From NCBI RefSeq assembly GCF_006345805.1, contig NC_043008.1:33356001-33420000 (forward strand): a DNA stretch of 64,000 bases, given 5' to 3'. This stretch comes from Octopus sinensis (Eukaryota). How positions within the stretch are numbered: the first letter of the stretch is position 1; every line of letters starts with the position of its first letter. Shown here piece by piece: positions 37,848 through 51,599 of the stretch. The notes beneath the pieces are model-generated. The model saw only the letters and a list, made by a program, of their open reading frames with translations. It did no database searches and had not been told where the DNA came from. The position numbers and the translations under genes were made by a program.

Positions 37848-38865
37848 AAGAAACTGAAGGAAGCCCAGAGTGTATGTATGTAATCTAAGCTGTCAAATCA
37901 AGAAACGAATATGCCACCTTCGATCCACAGATTATAAAAACAAAGAAAATTCTCTGTATGACTTGGTTTCATTTTGCTTTTTCATCTGAATAGGACTATT
38001 TTTTTAAACTTGTGATTTACTCACACACATACATATACAGAAAGATGGATATATCTAATTCAACAGTATAGAATATGAAGATATAATATAATATATTAGA
38101 GTTAACATTTAAAGTTATGTAGCATGATGCATTCTTAATTTTGTTAGACATGATAATTTCTATTGCATTTACAGAAATCAGGTTTTCGTTAATTAGGAAT
38201 AAATTACTTAAAGACAGAATAAATGTAATTTTGTTGACAAAATTCACAAATCTGCTATTTTACATATTTAACTCACATTTTAAAAATCATTGATTGTAGT
38301 GCTGATCTCAGTTTTATTCCATTTCTACGCAGAACATTCGAACTTAAATAAATTGATTCTTTGGGCAGTGACTTGTTCAAACATCTCAAAGTTTAATGAA
38401 GAGATTGCTTTTATTTTCATGTTAGATATGAACTTTGGACTGTGTTGCCAATCCTGGTATCTGCTATATCTGATTACCAACACAGATTTCTTAGTACAAA
38501 TTAAGTAAGCAACATATCTTGTTTAACAACAGAGATTTTTAAGTACGTATTAAGAAAACAATATATTTGATTACTAATACAGATCCAACTAACTGGCAAT
38601 TAATTCCTCCTCAAGAAATACCAATTCATCCACTACACCATTCCCACCCACTTTACACAAGTTCCAGAGATTGGCCACCATACTCAAGACAAATATCAAA
38701 TAGCATACAACATTAATTTCTGATTTATTAAAATTATTTCTGCCACTAGATGACATATTACAATTATGCAATGAGAATGAAACACCTTCATAAGACAAGG
38801 GAAAATAATTTCAAGAATTAAGAATTTTCTAAATTAATAAACCATTAAACAAAAGACAGACTTAC

Positions 38866-38995
38866 TGCCAGGAGACAAGACAGCAGTTGTGGACATGGGT
38901 TTCTGCCTCAATTGATTATATCAGCACAAAAATTTTTATACTTTATTGCCAGTAGCCAAAGGACTTATACAAAAAGGGTAGAATACATTTATGGT
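38866..38995 (-). other. Putative non-coding exon
   Basis: Donor GCA|GTAAGT and acceptor aaatttcttAG; stops in all frames. Confidence 0.35.
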
Positions 38996-39199
38996 CTAAG
39001 AAATTTACATAATTTCAACAAAAACAAGCTAAGTGAAATAACTAAATGTGACCAGAGACTTCATTCAGAATCTCCATGACCCAAACAAAGGAGCCTCCAC
39101 GCCATCATTTGACTTGCTAGAAATAGCAAACAATTTTTTTCTCAAACCATATTCTATCATGTTTGGTTGTTTGTTTGTTGTTGCTGGGTATGGCAGCAA

Positions 39200-39370
39200 T
39201 AGTAGCATTGTTTCTTGTTTTGTATGATTTTCACTGCTAATTTTCTTGCCAATGATTTTATAAGTGAAGATGATAAATGCGAAATTTCCAATAAAGGTCT
39301 AACTAGTATATTATAAAATTCAATCATTTTCACTAAAGTCAACTTGAATCTTCTTTTGAATTGCCTGGAT
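39200..39370 (-). mobile_element. Possible CR1-type LINE C-terminal remnant
   Basis: FYNILVRPLLE resembles the CR1/L2 LY..LVRP.LEY motif. Confidence 0.4.
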
Positions 39371-40478
39371 ATAACAATTCTGAAGAAACCATGTCCCCAC
39401 ACCCAGAAGAATCTTTTAAAGGAATTTATCCAAAATACAGTAAATTCATGTCATCCTCATCATTTAATGTCCACTATTCTATGCTTGCATGGGTTGGACA
39501 GAATTTGTTCAGGTGGATTTTCTATGGCCCGATGCTCTCACTGTCACCAAACTCACTAATTTCCAAGTGATGCCATATTCCCTACGGCCAGATATGCTTT
39601 CATGGAAGACTGGAAATGAAGGACATTGCTTGTATGACAGTGATATTCATTTACAACTATCACAGGAAGTCAAGGAGACAGTAGCATGCACACACACATG
39701 CATATGCACACGCACACATATGATGGGCTTCTTTCAGCCTTGTGGGTAGATTTGACAAATGGAAATTGAAGAAAGCTTGCCATGTGCTGCACATGCGTGC
39801 ATGTGTGTGTGTGCATGTATGTATGTATATATATATATATATATGTGTTTCTGTCTCCTTGTCTTGATGTCATGTGATTGTTGTTATAAATGTCACTGAC
39901 AAACAAACAGGAGCATTCATTTCCAATATTCTGCGTGAACATATCCGACCATGGGGAAATATTAACCTTGCTTGGAAATAAATGAGGGTTGGCAAAAGAA
40001 AAGGTGCCAAGCTGAACAAAATCTGCTTTAAATAAACATTCAATCCATGTAACCATGAGAAAGTGGCTGTTAAATGATGACAATGATATATGCATGTGTG
40101 TGTGTGTGTGTGCACATGCAGGTGCATCTATCTATGTGTACCCTTATCTATACCTCATGTGATGGTTATAAATAAGCATCACCGTCCAGTCTTCTGTGGA
40201 AAACATGTCTGGCCACGGAAAATATTGCCCTGTTTGGAAATAGTTGAGTGTTGGCAACAGGAAAGGCATCCAGCTGTAGGAAATCTGTCTCAATAAATTC
40301 CGTCTAATCCATGCAAGCATGGAAAAGTATACATCAACTGACGATGATGATGGTATTTCAAAATATTTTATTTATTTCTCAAAACGTAAGAGTTTACAAT
40401 GGTTCTGAATTAAGTGACTTTCTCTCTCTCTCTCTCTCTCTAGATATATATATATATATATGAAAAGAATTGACTTAC

Positions 40479-40618
40479 CTGTGCACTATTGTTGTGTTAA
40501 GGCACAAGAGGAGTGATAGGTTTTGGACAGACTAAAAGGTCATTTCAATCTTGAAGCAATAGTGGACTGGACTGACCAACCACAACTGTAATATGTTGTG
40601 GATCGAAACATGGGACAG
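40479..40618 (-). other. Putative exon (non-coding or end of a micro-ORF)
   Basis: Strong acceptor ttttgttttgttttctatttgtAG and perfect donor CAG|GTAAGT; all three frames close within the exon. Confidence 0.6.
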
Positions 40619-40959
40619 CTACAAATAGAAAAACAAAACAAAAATATATTTGCTGCAATTTATTTCGACATTTCACTAAAAATAAATATAAATTTCTTTC
40701 TGCATGTACATGTTAATAAGATAGGCATTATAGGGGAAAAAACAATAGTGTGATTTCAAGGAAATTTGGTTACTATTTCTAACACTTTGAATGGGTACAT
40801 AATTCCCTCAGTGGGTTGTATATGTGTTTGTGTGTGTTTGTGTATGTATATATGTATGTATATGTGTGTGTATATGTGTGATATATATATATATCCTTTT
40901 ACTTGCTTCAGTTATAAAAATGCTGCCATGCTGGGGCAATGCCTTGAGGAGCAACAAGC

Positions 40960-41350
40960 TGGCCTCCATGCCGATGGCACGTAGAAAAGCACCATTTGAG
41001 CGTGATCGTTACCAGTGTCACCTTACTGGCACTTGTGCTGGTGGCTCATGAAAAAACATTCGAACGAGGTCGTTGCCAGTGCCACTGGACTGGCTCCTGT
41101 GCAGGTGGTACATAAAAAGCACCATTGAGCGTGGCCACTGCCAGTACTGCCTGACTGGCCTTCGTGCCAGTGGCACATAAAAACACCCACTACACTCTCG
41201 GAGTGGTTGGCGTTAAGAAGGGCATCCAGCCGTAGAAACTCTGCCAGATCAGATTGGAGTCTGGTGCAGCCATCTGGTTCGCCAGTCCTCAGTCAAATCG
41301 TCCAACCCATGCTAGCATGGAAAGAGGATGTTAAATGATGATGATGATGA
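40960..41350 (+). mobile_element. SINE family C with internal GGCAC(A/G)TAAAAAGCACC sub-repeats and (GAT)n tail
   Basis: Shared 3' end CCAACCCATGCTAGCATGGAAA...TTAAATGATGATG is also seen at ~8005-8220, 19600-19730, 53155-53340, 55740-55870, 56590-56780 and 63050-63360. Confidence 0.8.
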
Positions 41351-41413
41351 TATAAATATAAATGTATGATATATATAAATATGTGATATATATATATATA
41401 TATATATGATATA

Positions 41414-41530
41414 CAAGCAGTATAACCTGGCTTTGCCTGGGATTAAATTAGGATCATTAAGCTAATCAAATTCTTTATTTCAAAACAAACATGGACATTA
41501 AATTGGGCGAAATCCATTGAAATTGGTTTA
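41414..41530 (-). mobile_element. Helitron 3'-end remnant
   Basis: The minus strand reads CCCAGGCAAAGCCAGGTTATACTGCTTG-T, a decayed version of the hairpin+CTAG end at 45749-45777. Confidence 0.55.
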
Positions 41531-41629
41531 TATATATATATATATATACACATATATATATATTATAAATGTGTGTGTGTGTACACACACACACACACAT
41601 TTATATAATATATATATATGTATATATAT

Positions 41630-41663
41630 ATACACCTCCCTTGTTCACACAAGGGAGGTGTAT
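41630..41663. repeat. Perfect 15-bp stem, 4-nt loop hairpin
   Basis: ATACACCTCCCTTGT-tcac-ACAAGGGAGGTGTAT. Confidence 0.9.
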
Positions 41664-42169
41664 GTTAATCTTGTCTTATTTAAATTAATATTAACTCCTA
41701 CTTCCATTTCTACAACAGATTGTTTTATGGCACCAGCTGTGTGAACAAGAATACCTTCCACGTCAGCACTTAACACTGTAGGAGTTGTGAGTCAGGTGTG
41801 AGCACATTCTGATCATTATCAAAAACCCCACAGGGACTACAACAAAGAAAACCATTATGTGGTCATTGCATGTGCTAGAATTAGCAGCCAAATAACCCTC
41901 AAGTTACCCCTTACTATTTCAGAAAAGAATACATTAGGTAATGTGGCCCTTTATGTACTACATGTCTTACAAAAGGATGAGATAATCGAGCAAGGCTAAT
42001 TTGAGACTAAACAACTATAACTGCACTCAACTTGCAAGAAATAATCACCAGGGTATAGAATGTTTAGGAAAACAAAGAAATTGTACTAGCTAGAATGATA
42101 CAGGTCTGTTCAAAGCATGGCTTACTTGAAGCTTAAAAAAAACTAACAAGGAACCTTAGCAATCTACCA

Positions 42170-42427
42170 CAGTGGTTCTCAACTAGGGTCCAAAGAATAT
42201 ATTTTATATTCCATATAAAATTTTGTTGTTAAAATATATATGCAATAAATTGGACATACTTCTACAGTGCACAAAATATTTTAACAATTTTTTAAAATAC
42301 AGTTCCTGATAATATTTAATTACAAAAATATAATAGGATTTTTAAATCATCAAATGGCTGTGGGGCTCCATCTGAGTAAAATAGGAATCAAAGGCGTCCA
42401 TAGGTAAAAAATGGTTGAGAACCATTG
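42170..42427. mobile_element. hAT (Charlie-like) MITE
   Basis: TIR CAGTGGTTCTCAAC / GTTGAGAACCATTG; 8-bp TSD ATCTACCA / ATCTACTA. Confidence 0.85.
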
Positions 42428-43121
42428 ATCTACTAAAAACAGCAGCATAATCTCCTTCAATTCACAACCTACTATTTTAGAAACATTGTATGATTGATTT
42501 AGTTTTGAAGATATTATGCCTAAGAGGAGACCCCTTTAACCCTTTTGCTTTATTTCTATTGAGAAATACCACTGTTATTTCAGTTAATCATGAAAACATT
42601 GAAGAATTTAGTAAATTACTTTTGTCAGTATTAAGCTAATGTTTGGGACATAAATTAATTCTGCTCGAGATCTATGATATAAAATTTCCATTTTTAAGTG
42701 ATCCAAAAACCTTCCAGCAAAATTTCATGTCAATTTATGTTCTGAACACCAGATTAATAATGATAGAGCTATTTTACTAATTCTTCGTTATTTTGATAAT
42801 TAACTGAGACAAAAGCAGTGTATTCCCACAGAAATTTGATAACAAAATTATTAACATGAAAGGTTAATGGGTAGTTTTAATTTAATTGTTTAGTATTTAT
42901 ATAAATCATACCTGGCCCAAATATTCTACCTGTTTTAGATTTAAACTGGCCAGATCTGGCCTCTCATGCCTATCTTACAATGTCATTCTAAAAATAGACT
43001 ACCATATCATTGAAATCTCAAAGCTACAATATAATGCATGATTAATTGAAAATAATGTGAATAAATCAGCATTACATTTGACAGAGTAATCCGAATGCCA
43101 AAGGGTTAACTCAGCTTTAAA

Positions 43122-43351
43122 GGCGGCGAGCTGGCAGAATCGTTAGCATGCCGGGTGAAATGCTTAGCGGTATTTCCTCTGCGTTACGTTGTGAGTTCAA
43201 ATTCTGCCGAGGTCGACTTTGCCTTTCATCCTTTCGGGGTCGATAAATTAAGTACCAGTTACGCACTGGGGTCGATGTAATTGACTTAATGCCTATGTCT
43301 GTCCTTGTTTGTCTCCTCTGTGTTTAGCCCCTTGTGGGTAGTAAAGAAATA
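43122..43351 (+). mobile_element. SINE family A (GGCGGCGAGCTGGCAGAA...AAAGAAATA), full length
   Basis: Pol III-like B box GAGTTCAAATTC; 18-bp TSD GGTTAACTCAGCTTTAAA (43104-43121 / 43352-43369). Confidence 0.9.
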
Positions 43352-45382
43352 GGTTAACTCAGCTTTAAAACAGGAAGTTTGGTATCATAGAGGTGGTTTA
43401 AGGTGGGTTAGTATTTAAAGGGCCAAAGGGTTGCTCAATCAGAGCTGACAAGCTACAAAACAAACAATAAAAAGAATCTTTTTCTCAGGTTTGTCTTTGT
43501 CAACATCAGCACAATAGACTGTAGGTGTTGTTAAGTAGTTGAAATGCTAAAGTGGAAGATGAGGGGTATATGCATGATGAAAGCAGTAGGGGAGATGGAG
43601 AGGATTTTGTTCAGCCATTTTCCTCACAGTCAAGAAGCAACAGTACAAAAAGACTGGGTAAGTTATATTTTTTACAGAGAAGCAAATAGATATATGGATG
43701 TTATGTTAGAAAACACAAATACCGTGATATATATATACCAAAAGAGAAAACTCTCATATAGTTATTTGATGATTTTGGCCTAATTTGGCCTTGTCAGTGA
43801 TAGATACCTCAGCAATAGAAATAGCAATATACATAGAAATACAGAGCCAAAACAGGCATTGATGTCACTAAGAGCCAGTGATCTTATTAAAAAATAGAGT
43901 GACAGAGGCTCTATTTATTTTTTAATAACTACGTAGAGTTTATCTTACTGCTTTGGAGTAGTTAAAGAAGTCAAGATAAATGATAGAATAAGATGATGTA
44001 ATCTATGGATATATTAAAGGGTTGAATATATTCAGTAAAAGAGAGAAAATATAATTAAACTTAAGGGAAAAAGGCAAACAGTCTGAGACTAATTGTCTGC
44101 TATAGTACACCAGCACATTCCTGCACCTGCACTCCATTATTAACTACAAGCCAACTAGGAAGCTCTATGTAATCACCTGACTTACTAGAAATAGTAGATA
44201 AATTTTTCTCAAGTCACTCATTATTATGTGTAAATGACATTTTGGATTACATGAGTCTCTTTTAGAAATAGCCTAATCTCCCTCAAATCAACTCCACTAT
44301 TTTTTTTTAAAAAGGAAGGAATACACTGGATAAATGTGATGTTAATTCTTTTGAATCTTATGTTGGTCATTTTAAGATTCTTAGATCAGTTCCTCATCAG
44401 ATTTTTGTTTTCTTTTATTACTTCCATAATTTCTAAGTAGTTTGCATGGGGAAAACCTGTCTTATTGTTGGTTGTTTCCCACCCTTTCCGAGTGACCTCC
44501 AATAGAAGAAAGTAAATATAGTCCTAGGTGTGCCTAAAATAACAGGATAGCCATGACTAAAACATGTTCAACCATGTGCTCTGCTCAATCGGGGTTGATG
44601 GAGGCTAAACAGCAATATGTAGGATTAATGGAGGTGAAAAAGAATATTTTATATCAGAAAGCATGGTTTTATGATTGCTGATAGAGTAAGACTGTCATCA
44701 TAACTTAACTTCAATGATCATATGAAACATCAGAAAAGGCTTCTGCAGTTCTATGATGCAAAATCTTAATACCATACCACTTACTTCACAAACTTCAGAA
44801 AAACAGTCAGTCAACTGACCACTTAACACTCAACGGGGTGAAAAGGGAAGCTAAATTGACTTGATTTTTATAGGAAACTGATTGATAGTTGTAAGAGTTT
44901 TGAACAGTCTCTCTTTCTATCTATCTTTCTTGTAAGGAAAATGTCCCTCAAAATACAGAAATGGTGAGCAGTGATTGAAATGATGGAGTATATTGGGTGG
45001 TGGCATTCCTTCACTTTCCAGCTCCTGCAAGGTAGAGGACTTACAGTGTCAACCCATTCTTCTTCTAACTTCAGCACTGCAAACCATAGCATGGCCCTAG
45101 TTCCTGGAACCCACTTCCATCACTGGTAAGTGAGTGACCCTGGATTGAAAATTACCAGGAAACAAATGATGTTTATTTTTCATCTTCTCTGTTACTTCTT
45201 CCAGTCATTGGACTGCAGCCATTTTAGTTGAAGGAATCAACCCCATTACTTATTTTTTAAGCCTAGTATTTTACTGTCAATCTCTTTTGCTGGACTGTTA
45301 GATTAAAGGGGCATAAACAAACCAACAATTGTTGTTAGACAGCTGTGGGGGACAAGCACAAACGCACACACACACACACACA

Positions 45383-45777
45383 TCATATATATAAAGCTGA
45401 AGTTGTCTGTGTGAGGCAGGTTTGGTAGCCTTCAACTAACACTATCTCCTCCAAGACCCTGCGGCGCAAGTTGACCAAAATTGAGAGTATGATAGAAGAA
45501 GGCTTGCTCTTCAATACTTAGAAGATAAAATTCAAATCGGACCAAGTTAACACCAAAAATTATTTACATCAAAAAGGTGCTTTTTTTCTATGAAAATCCC
45601 TATTTTTTACGATTTTTTTACTGCTGTGTCGCCATTTTTCGGTGTATTTCAACCAGAAAAATGTTCACTCAAAGAGAATAACAAGCTACATAATGCAAAA
45701 TTTTTACTTTTCAAAAATTCCAATTCTAAAGGGTTGAAAAGAAAACAAGCCCAAGCAACGCTGGGCGATACTGCTAG
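45383..45777 (+). mobile_element. Non-autonomous Helitron-like element
   Basis: Starts with TC after A and ends with CTAG before T; subterminal hairpin GCCCAAGC-AAC-GCTGGGC (45749-45766); no TSD. Confidence 0.8.
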
Positions 45778-48700
45778 TATATAGCTAATTAAAAAAAAAA
45801 ACAAGGAAAAAGGCAACAAGAAAAAAAAAACAACATGCGGATGTAGCACATGTAAAGTATTAATAAGGTCACACAGAGAATGATAAAAGTGATTGTTTTA
45901 TATTTTAAGCATAGCTCTTTGGAAATAGGAAACATAGGGAAATCCAAAGGAAAAGGAAGGAGAGGGAAAAATCGCCAACAGTCCACATGTAGTTACATTT
46001 TTGAAAAAAAAAATTTTTATGTGTCTTTATATTATATATATATATATATATAACAAAGATGGCTATACGCAAAATAAAACCATAAACAAAAAATTCAATT
46101 GCCACTAATTGTGAGCGAGAGTAAAGCTGCAAGAAAACATTTTCATATACTAACAGGGGAGATAACTGCCCCACAGTAAAACTAGATCATTATACGAGGC
46201 TAGTTTTGTTTGAAAATTACAAACTCATCAGTAGCGACAGCTACACATACATACATATATACATGCACACATGTGACAAGCTTCTTTCAGTCTATCAAAT
46301 ACACTCATAAGGTTTTGGTTAGTTCGGGGCTATAGTAGAAGACAAATGATCAAGGCGGGACTACACCCAGAACCATGTGGTTGGGTAGAAAACGTCTTGA
46401 AATAAAGAAAAAAGCACACACACAAAAAAAAAAAAACAGGTGTTCTTCAGAGACAACCTGCCTTGAGCCTTTTAGTTCCATGGATGAAGCAGGTCTCCAG
46501 TCAAGCAGCAAGCAACATGGGTATAGTATATTGTTGGTAGATGAGTTAAGTAACATGCTCATATATAAAAGCATAGGAGTGGAAGAATGTAGGTAGCTAG
46601 GAGTGATATCAGAAAGATAAGTAGGAAGCTGGATGTTAGGTATATGAAGCCAAGAAAGAAGCTGAGAATAAGAGGATTGTTAATGTTGGTATACAATGAA
46701 GATGAGAGTCATCAGATATTCAAAAATTACACAGCATTGTCTATTTGTATGAATCAGAATATCAGTAGAGAGAAATGTGTCTAAAATAAGTCTGGTGTAC
46801 TTTCCTCAGGCATCTATGAAATGAATGCTAGAAGACATACTGGTTGTTGTTGTTTCACCCCAGGTTAGCCCTGTTTGAGCATAACTATGATCAAAAGTGG
46901 TCCAGCCATGACCATACTGTCATTTTGTACATGAGAGAATAATATTGTCCAAGGTGTCATTCATAGATAAGTAAGATGTGATAGAAAAAAAAAAAATTGA
47001 GGTGCTATTTCTAGTAAGACAAATGATCACAGAGCTCTCTGTTTGACTTGTAGTTAATAATGTTGTGCAGGTGCAGGAATGTGCTGAAGTACTATAGCAG
47101 CCAATTAGTCTCAAACCGTTTGCCTTTTCCCTTTAGTTTAATTATATCCTATCTCTTTGACTGAATATGTTCAACCCATTATATTTCCCATCTGCAGTCC
47201 AAGTCCCTATGCGAAAGTGTGTGTATATATCATGGGGAGGAGGAGGAGACGATACAGCTGTAGAAGGTATCCACCTGGTGGGGGACGATGGTGAGTTTAA
47301 CGTGTTCACTAGCCATGGTATCTAGCCCAGAGGTGGAAAGCTTTTTATATCGGAATGCTGTATTGAAGTTAACTTATCTAACAAGGCTGCATTTCAAAAA
47401 AAGCCATTTGTACTGCTAAACCTTATTATTTTATAAAATGTAATTATTAAATATTTAAAAAAACAGAGTTTCAGAATAAGCACCTCCATCATAACCATTT
47501 CTTTTTACATTATATTTTCTAAAAATCTCTCAGGATTTCAATGGTATATTAAATACAACTTAGCTTACTTTTAAAGTGATTACTTGATATAAATGATAAC
47601 AAGTGTAAAGGGATATAAAGAAGGAGTTAACAGAGATGCTTTAGGTAAAATTAAACCAACTAAAATATATTTCTGCAGAGGTACAGTGTGGCAATGTACT
47701 TAAGAAGCTTGTTCCTAACCATGTAATCTTGGGTTCAGCCCCACTGAACATAGGGCAAGTGTTTTCTATTAAAGTCAATGGCTGTCCAAAACTGCATGAG
47801 AAGATTTCGTAGAGGGAAACTAAAAGAAATCCCTTATATATATATATATGTGTGTGTGACTCTGTATTTGCCACCCACTACCATGATTGCTTGACAACTG
47901 ATGGTGGTTTGGCAAAAGAAACTAAGAGAACAATTATTGGGCTTCAAAAATAAATGCTGGGACCAATTTGTTTCATTAAACTCATCATGGTGGTACCCCA
48001 GCACAGATGCAGTTCAATGACCGAAACAAGTGAAAAATAAAAGATAATTTTCCCCAAAAAACCTAGTAATTCTTTCAGAAGATCACAATTAGTCCTTTAA
48101 AAGGTCACATGTTAATCAACTCTGATATTAGCCTGTATTTAAAGTCTGGAGCTAATAGTAACATGTACCATGGGAATAGGTAGATCCTGCAGGGCTGAGA
48201 CTCAATCAGATAAAGCTAGTGCATGTAGATTAAACCAGGCAGTTCTGGTACATATTCCCAACAGTTAGCTAATTTGAGATATTGTGGAACAATGTGTTCC
48301 ACCCAGATACACTACAGCAGATGTTTCTTTTTATATGCTTGTTAGAAGAGAAGGAGTGATCCTGGCCTTTCCAGGTCCTCCTTGTTTGGTGAAATTGATA
48401 TGATGACGTTTAGTTTAAACATCTGTCAGATATTGAACTCATCTCTCTCTCTGTCTCTCTCTCTCTCCCTCTCACACACATTTATATGTAAACTTTCATC
48501 AACATGTATTAAGTCTCACTGCCAAATTAACTTCTTGGGGGCCTTTGCAGTTATTTTTGATGAGAACATATACATCACACACATATGTGAACATGCTTAC
48601 ACACATGTGTGCATGCGTAGGCACACACACACACAAGAACAAAGATTTATCCAAGAGGGTTTGAAGTGCTTTATCACTCTGAAAGCACCTAATTTAATAG

Positions 48701-50884
48701 AAAGAATAAAAATCAATACACAGTTGTCATCTTCAAGAATGAAAAGGACGTCTTATAAGCTTGAAACAGATTCCACAAGAAGTATTTCAGAAGCTGATGC
48801 TATTCTATTCAACCCTAAAACTCCTATTTATTCACCAGAGTAGAGACCTGAAGGAAAAATACACAGCATATCAACATGAAGTTATGTATGGGTGTTTACT
48901 CTGTACACTCAGAAATCAAAGACAAAAGTTACTAGTAGAAAGATGTCTACTGGAAAAAGGTCAGGTTTGATATATCGAAAAAAGAATATGAAGGAATTCC
49001 ATATTGTATACCTAAGCAATGCAAACTATGGGTGCACATTAGGTGTATTAGTAATATAGGCCAGATGGTAGAGAAGAAGGACTTTCTATGTAGCAGACAT
49101 GCAGAAAGTCCCACTGCATGATGCCTTGAGCAAGTGTTTTCTGCTACAACCCCAAGCTATGACCAATGCTTTGTAAGTGAATTTTGTAGACAGAAACTGT
49201 GTGAAAGCCAGTCATATATGTGTGTGTGTATCTTTGTGTTTTCAGGTTCTGACAACCAAATCCACTCACAAGTCTCTGGTTGACACTTCCCCAAGGTGCC
49301 ACACAGTAGGACTGAACCCAAAACCACAGGAATGGGAAGTAAGCTTCTCAACCACACAGCCACACCTGTATGGATGAACATAATCAGTAGATGCTCACAA
49401 AAATATCATATTACTTTTTTTATGATGTTTCATGAAAGTAATGTCATTCATAGGAAGGAGTGCACTGGGTTAAGTGGAATATGTGTCATAAAACTTCAAC
49501 TACAGAGAAACTATGCATGCCACCCATATCACATATATTGTTAGAATAAACCAGCTCAAAGCAAAGTAACATGTGAAATCAAAATGAAGCACAGATGCTA
49601 TACAAACAGCCTATATGGCACAATTCGGTGAAGAATGAATTCAGAACAGTAAAAGAAATGAGGAATACTATAAGCAGAAAATATTGATTTCTAATACTGG
49701 TTTCAAATTTTAGCACAAGACCAGCAATTTCAGGGGAGGGGTTAAGTAGATTACATTGACCACAATGCTCAACTGGTACTTATTTTATTAACCCTGTGAG
49801 GATGAAAGGCAAAGTCAACCTTGATTGATTTTGAACTCAGAACATTAAGACATTGAAGTGCTGCTAAGCATTTTGCCCAACATGCTAATGATTCTGCTGC
49901 CTCACTACCCTATATTGATTTCTAATATTAGCACAACACATTTTGAGGAAAGGTACAGGTACTTTATTTAATTGCACAACAACAACAGCAAACACCACCA
50001 CCACCAGCAGCAAAAGGATAAAAGTCAAAATTGAACAGGGTGTAATGGGCTCTAACTAAATAACACAAAGTATTCTACTCGATACTCTTTGATTTAGCCC
50101 TTTTAATACCAGATACTTTTGAGTCTGCTGCTGGTTCTATGAAACAAGCTTCCTATTTTAAAGTGATCTAAATTAAAACCTTTCAGCAAAATTTTATGAA
50201 AATTTAAGTTTCAAACACCAGATTAATAAAGAAAAAGATTATTTTACTAAATCATTTTTTCAAGATTAACTGAAACAAAGGCAGTGTGTTTTAACAGGAA
50301 TACGGTAACAAAAAAGTTAATATTTTCTATTGCAGCAACAACAGGTGTTAAACTGAAAGATTCCAATTAAAAAAAAACAAAAAACACTTCAACCATATCA
50401 TAAAAGAGTAGAAAGTATATTTCACCCTTTAGCATTCACATTATTCTGTCAAATACAATGCTTATTTATTCAAATTATTTTCAATTAATCCTGCACAATC
50501 TTGTAACATCAAGATTTTAATGATATGATTGTTTATTTTTAGAATGACATTGTAGAGTAGGTATGTGAGGGTGCGACTGGCTAGTTCATACATAAAACAG
50601 AATATCATGGCTGGATATGGTTGGCTTAAATGCTAAAAGGTTAATGTAGATCACAAGGTAACAATTTGTACAAGGTTGTTCAAGGTCTAAATATAGCAGC
50701 CAAATTTCCCTCAAACTACACCATATCATCTTTAAAAAAGAAAGAAAGGAAGTTATATATTAGATAACGTAGTCTTAGATACATGATGTCTGAAAAAAGG
50801 CATGGTTAGCCATGGCCGGAACACCCAGAGAAAAACAATAGCAATACTGAAGATGCCACTATAACAGCCTTTCATACAAGTGAG

Positions 50885-51082
50885 CCATAGTTACTCAACT
50901 TGCTAGAAACAGCTGTTAAGTCTCCTTCAAACCACACCCTACTATCTTAAAGAACATATCAGATAATGTGAACTGAGCTATATTAGGTCTGAAAAATAAA
51001 TATGATGGTTGTGGCTGGAAGGCTAGAATGCTTTTGATAATACATCTGCTCAATCAGGATGGAGTTGGGGCTAAACAACAAA
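50885..51082. repeat. Old dispersed repeat family E (TGCTAGAAATAGCAGCCAAA...GGGCTAAACAACAA)
   Basis: Diverged copies occur at ~760, 5680, 16940, 22760, 24030, 32870, 35270, 41870, 44170, 46850 and 57100-57480; class not determinable. Confidence 0.65.
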
Positions 51083-51088
51083 AATTAC

Positions 51089-51202
51089 CTGCAGATATGA
51101 ATTTCATCTCTATCAAAATTAAAACTGGACATCTATTTGTGAAGGAGTGCTCATAAGATTATCATTCCATGTAAATACCAAAATGGACTTTATTATCATC
51201 AG
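51089..51202 (-). other. Putative exon (non-coding or start of a micro-ORF)
   Basis: Acceptor ttttttctgtctgtctcacAG and donor CAG|GTAATT; no frame is open across the whole exon. Confidence 0.5.
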
Positions 51203-51599
51203 CTGTGAGACAGACAGAAAAAACAATGGAAGCAATCCAAAAAGGTTGGCTCGTTCTTGGCAACAGAGAAGATATTAATACAGAGGGAAATAAATACAAG
51301 CAGTAGCCACATCAAAATCAATGTTGTAAATCTCACTATGGCTCAGACATCAAATAAACCTAAAATTATATTTTACTGAGAAATGGTAAATCTGCTGTTA
51401 TTGATTATTAATCTCTGTGATGTTAATAGTATCAGAACTTTCTCATTATGTACCAAGAGGACTCTCTTTCGCAGATTTGTTATATATCACTATCAGATAA
51501 GAACATCATAAACAATAACCTCACAATTATTTTTGGGGCGCTTTCTGTAACACCTCAAGTGTTTCCTTCCTCAGTGACTAACTCTAAGGCTTTCATACA

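Noticed and set aside
40960-41200. Repeat-spacer-like pattern resembling a CRISPR array
   Set aside because: The intervening segments are similar to each other and are internal sub-repeats of a SINE; eukaryotic context with no cas genes.
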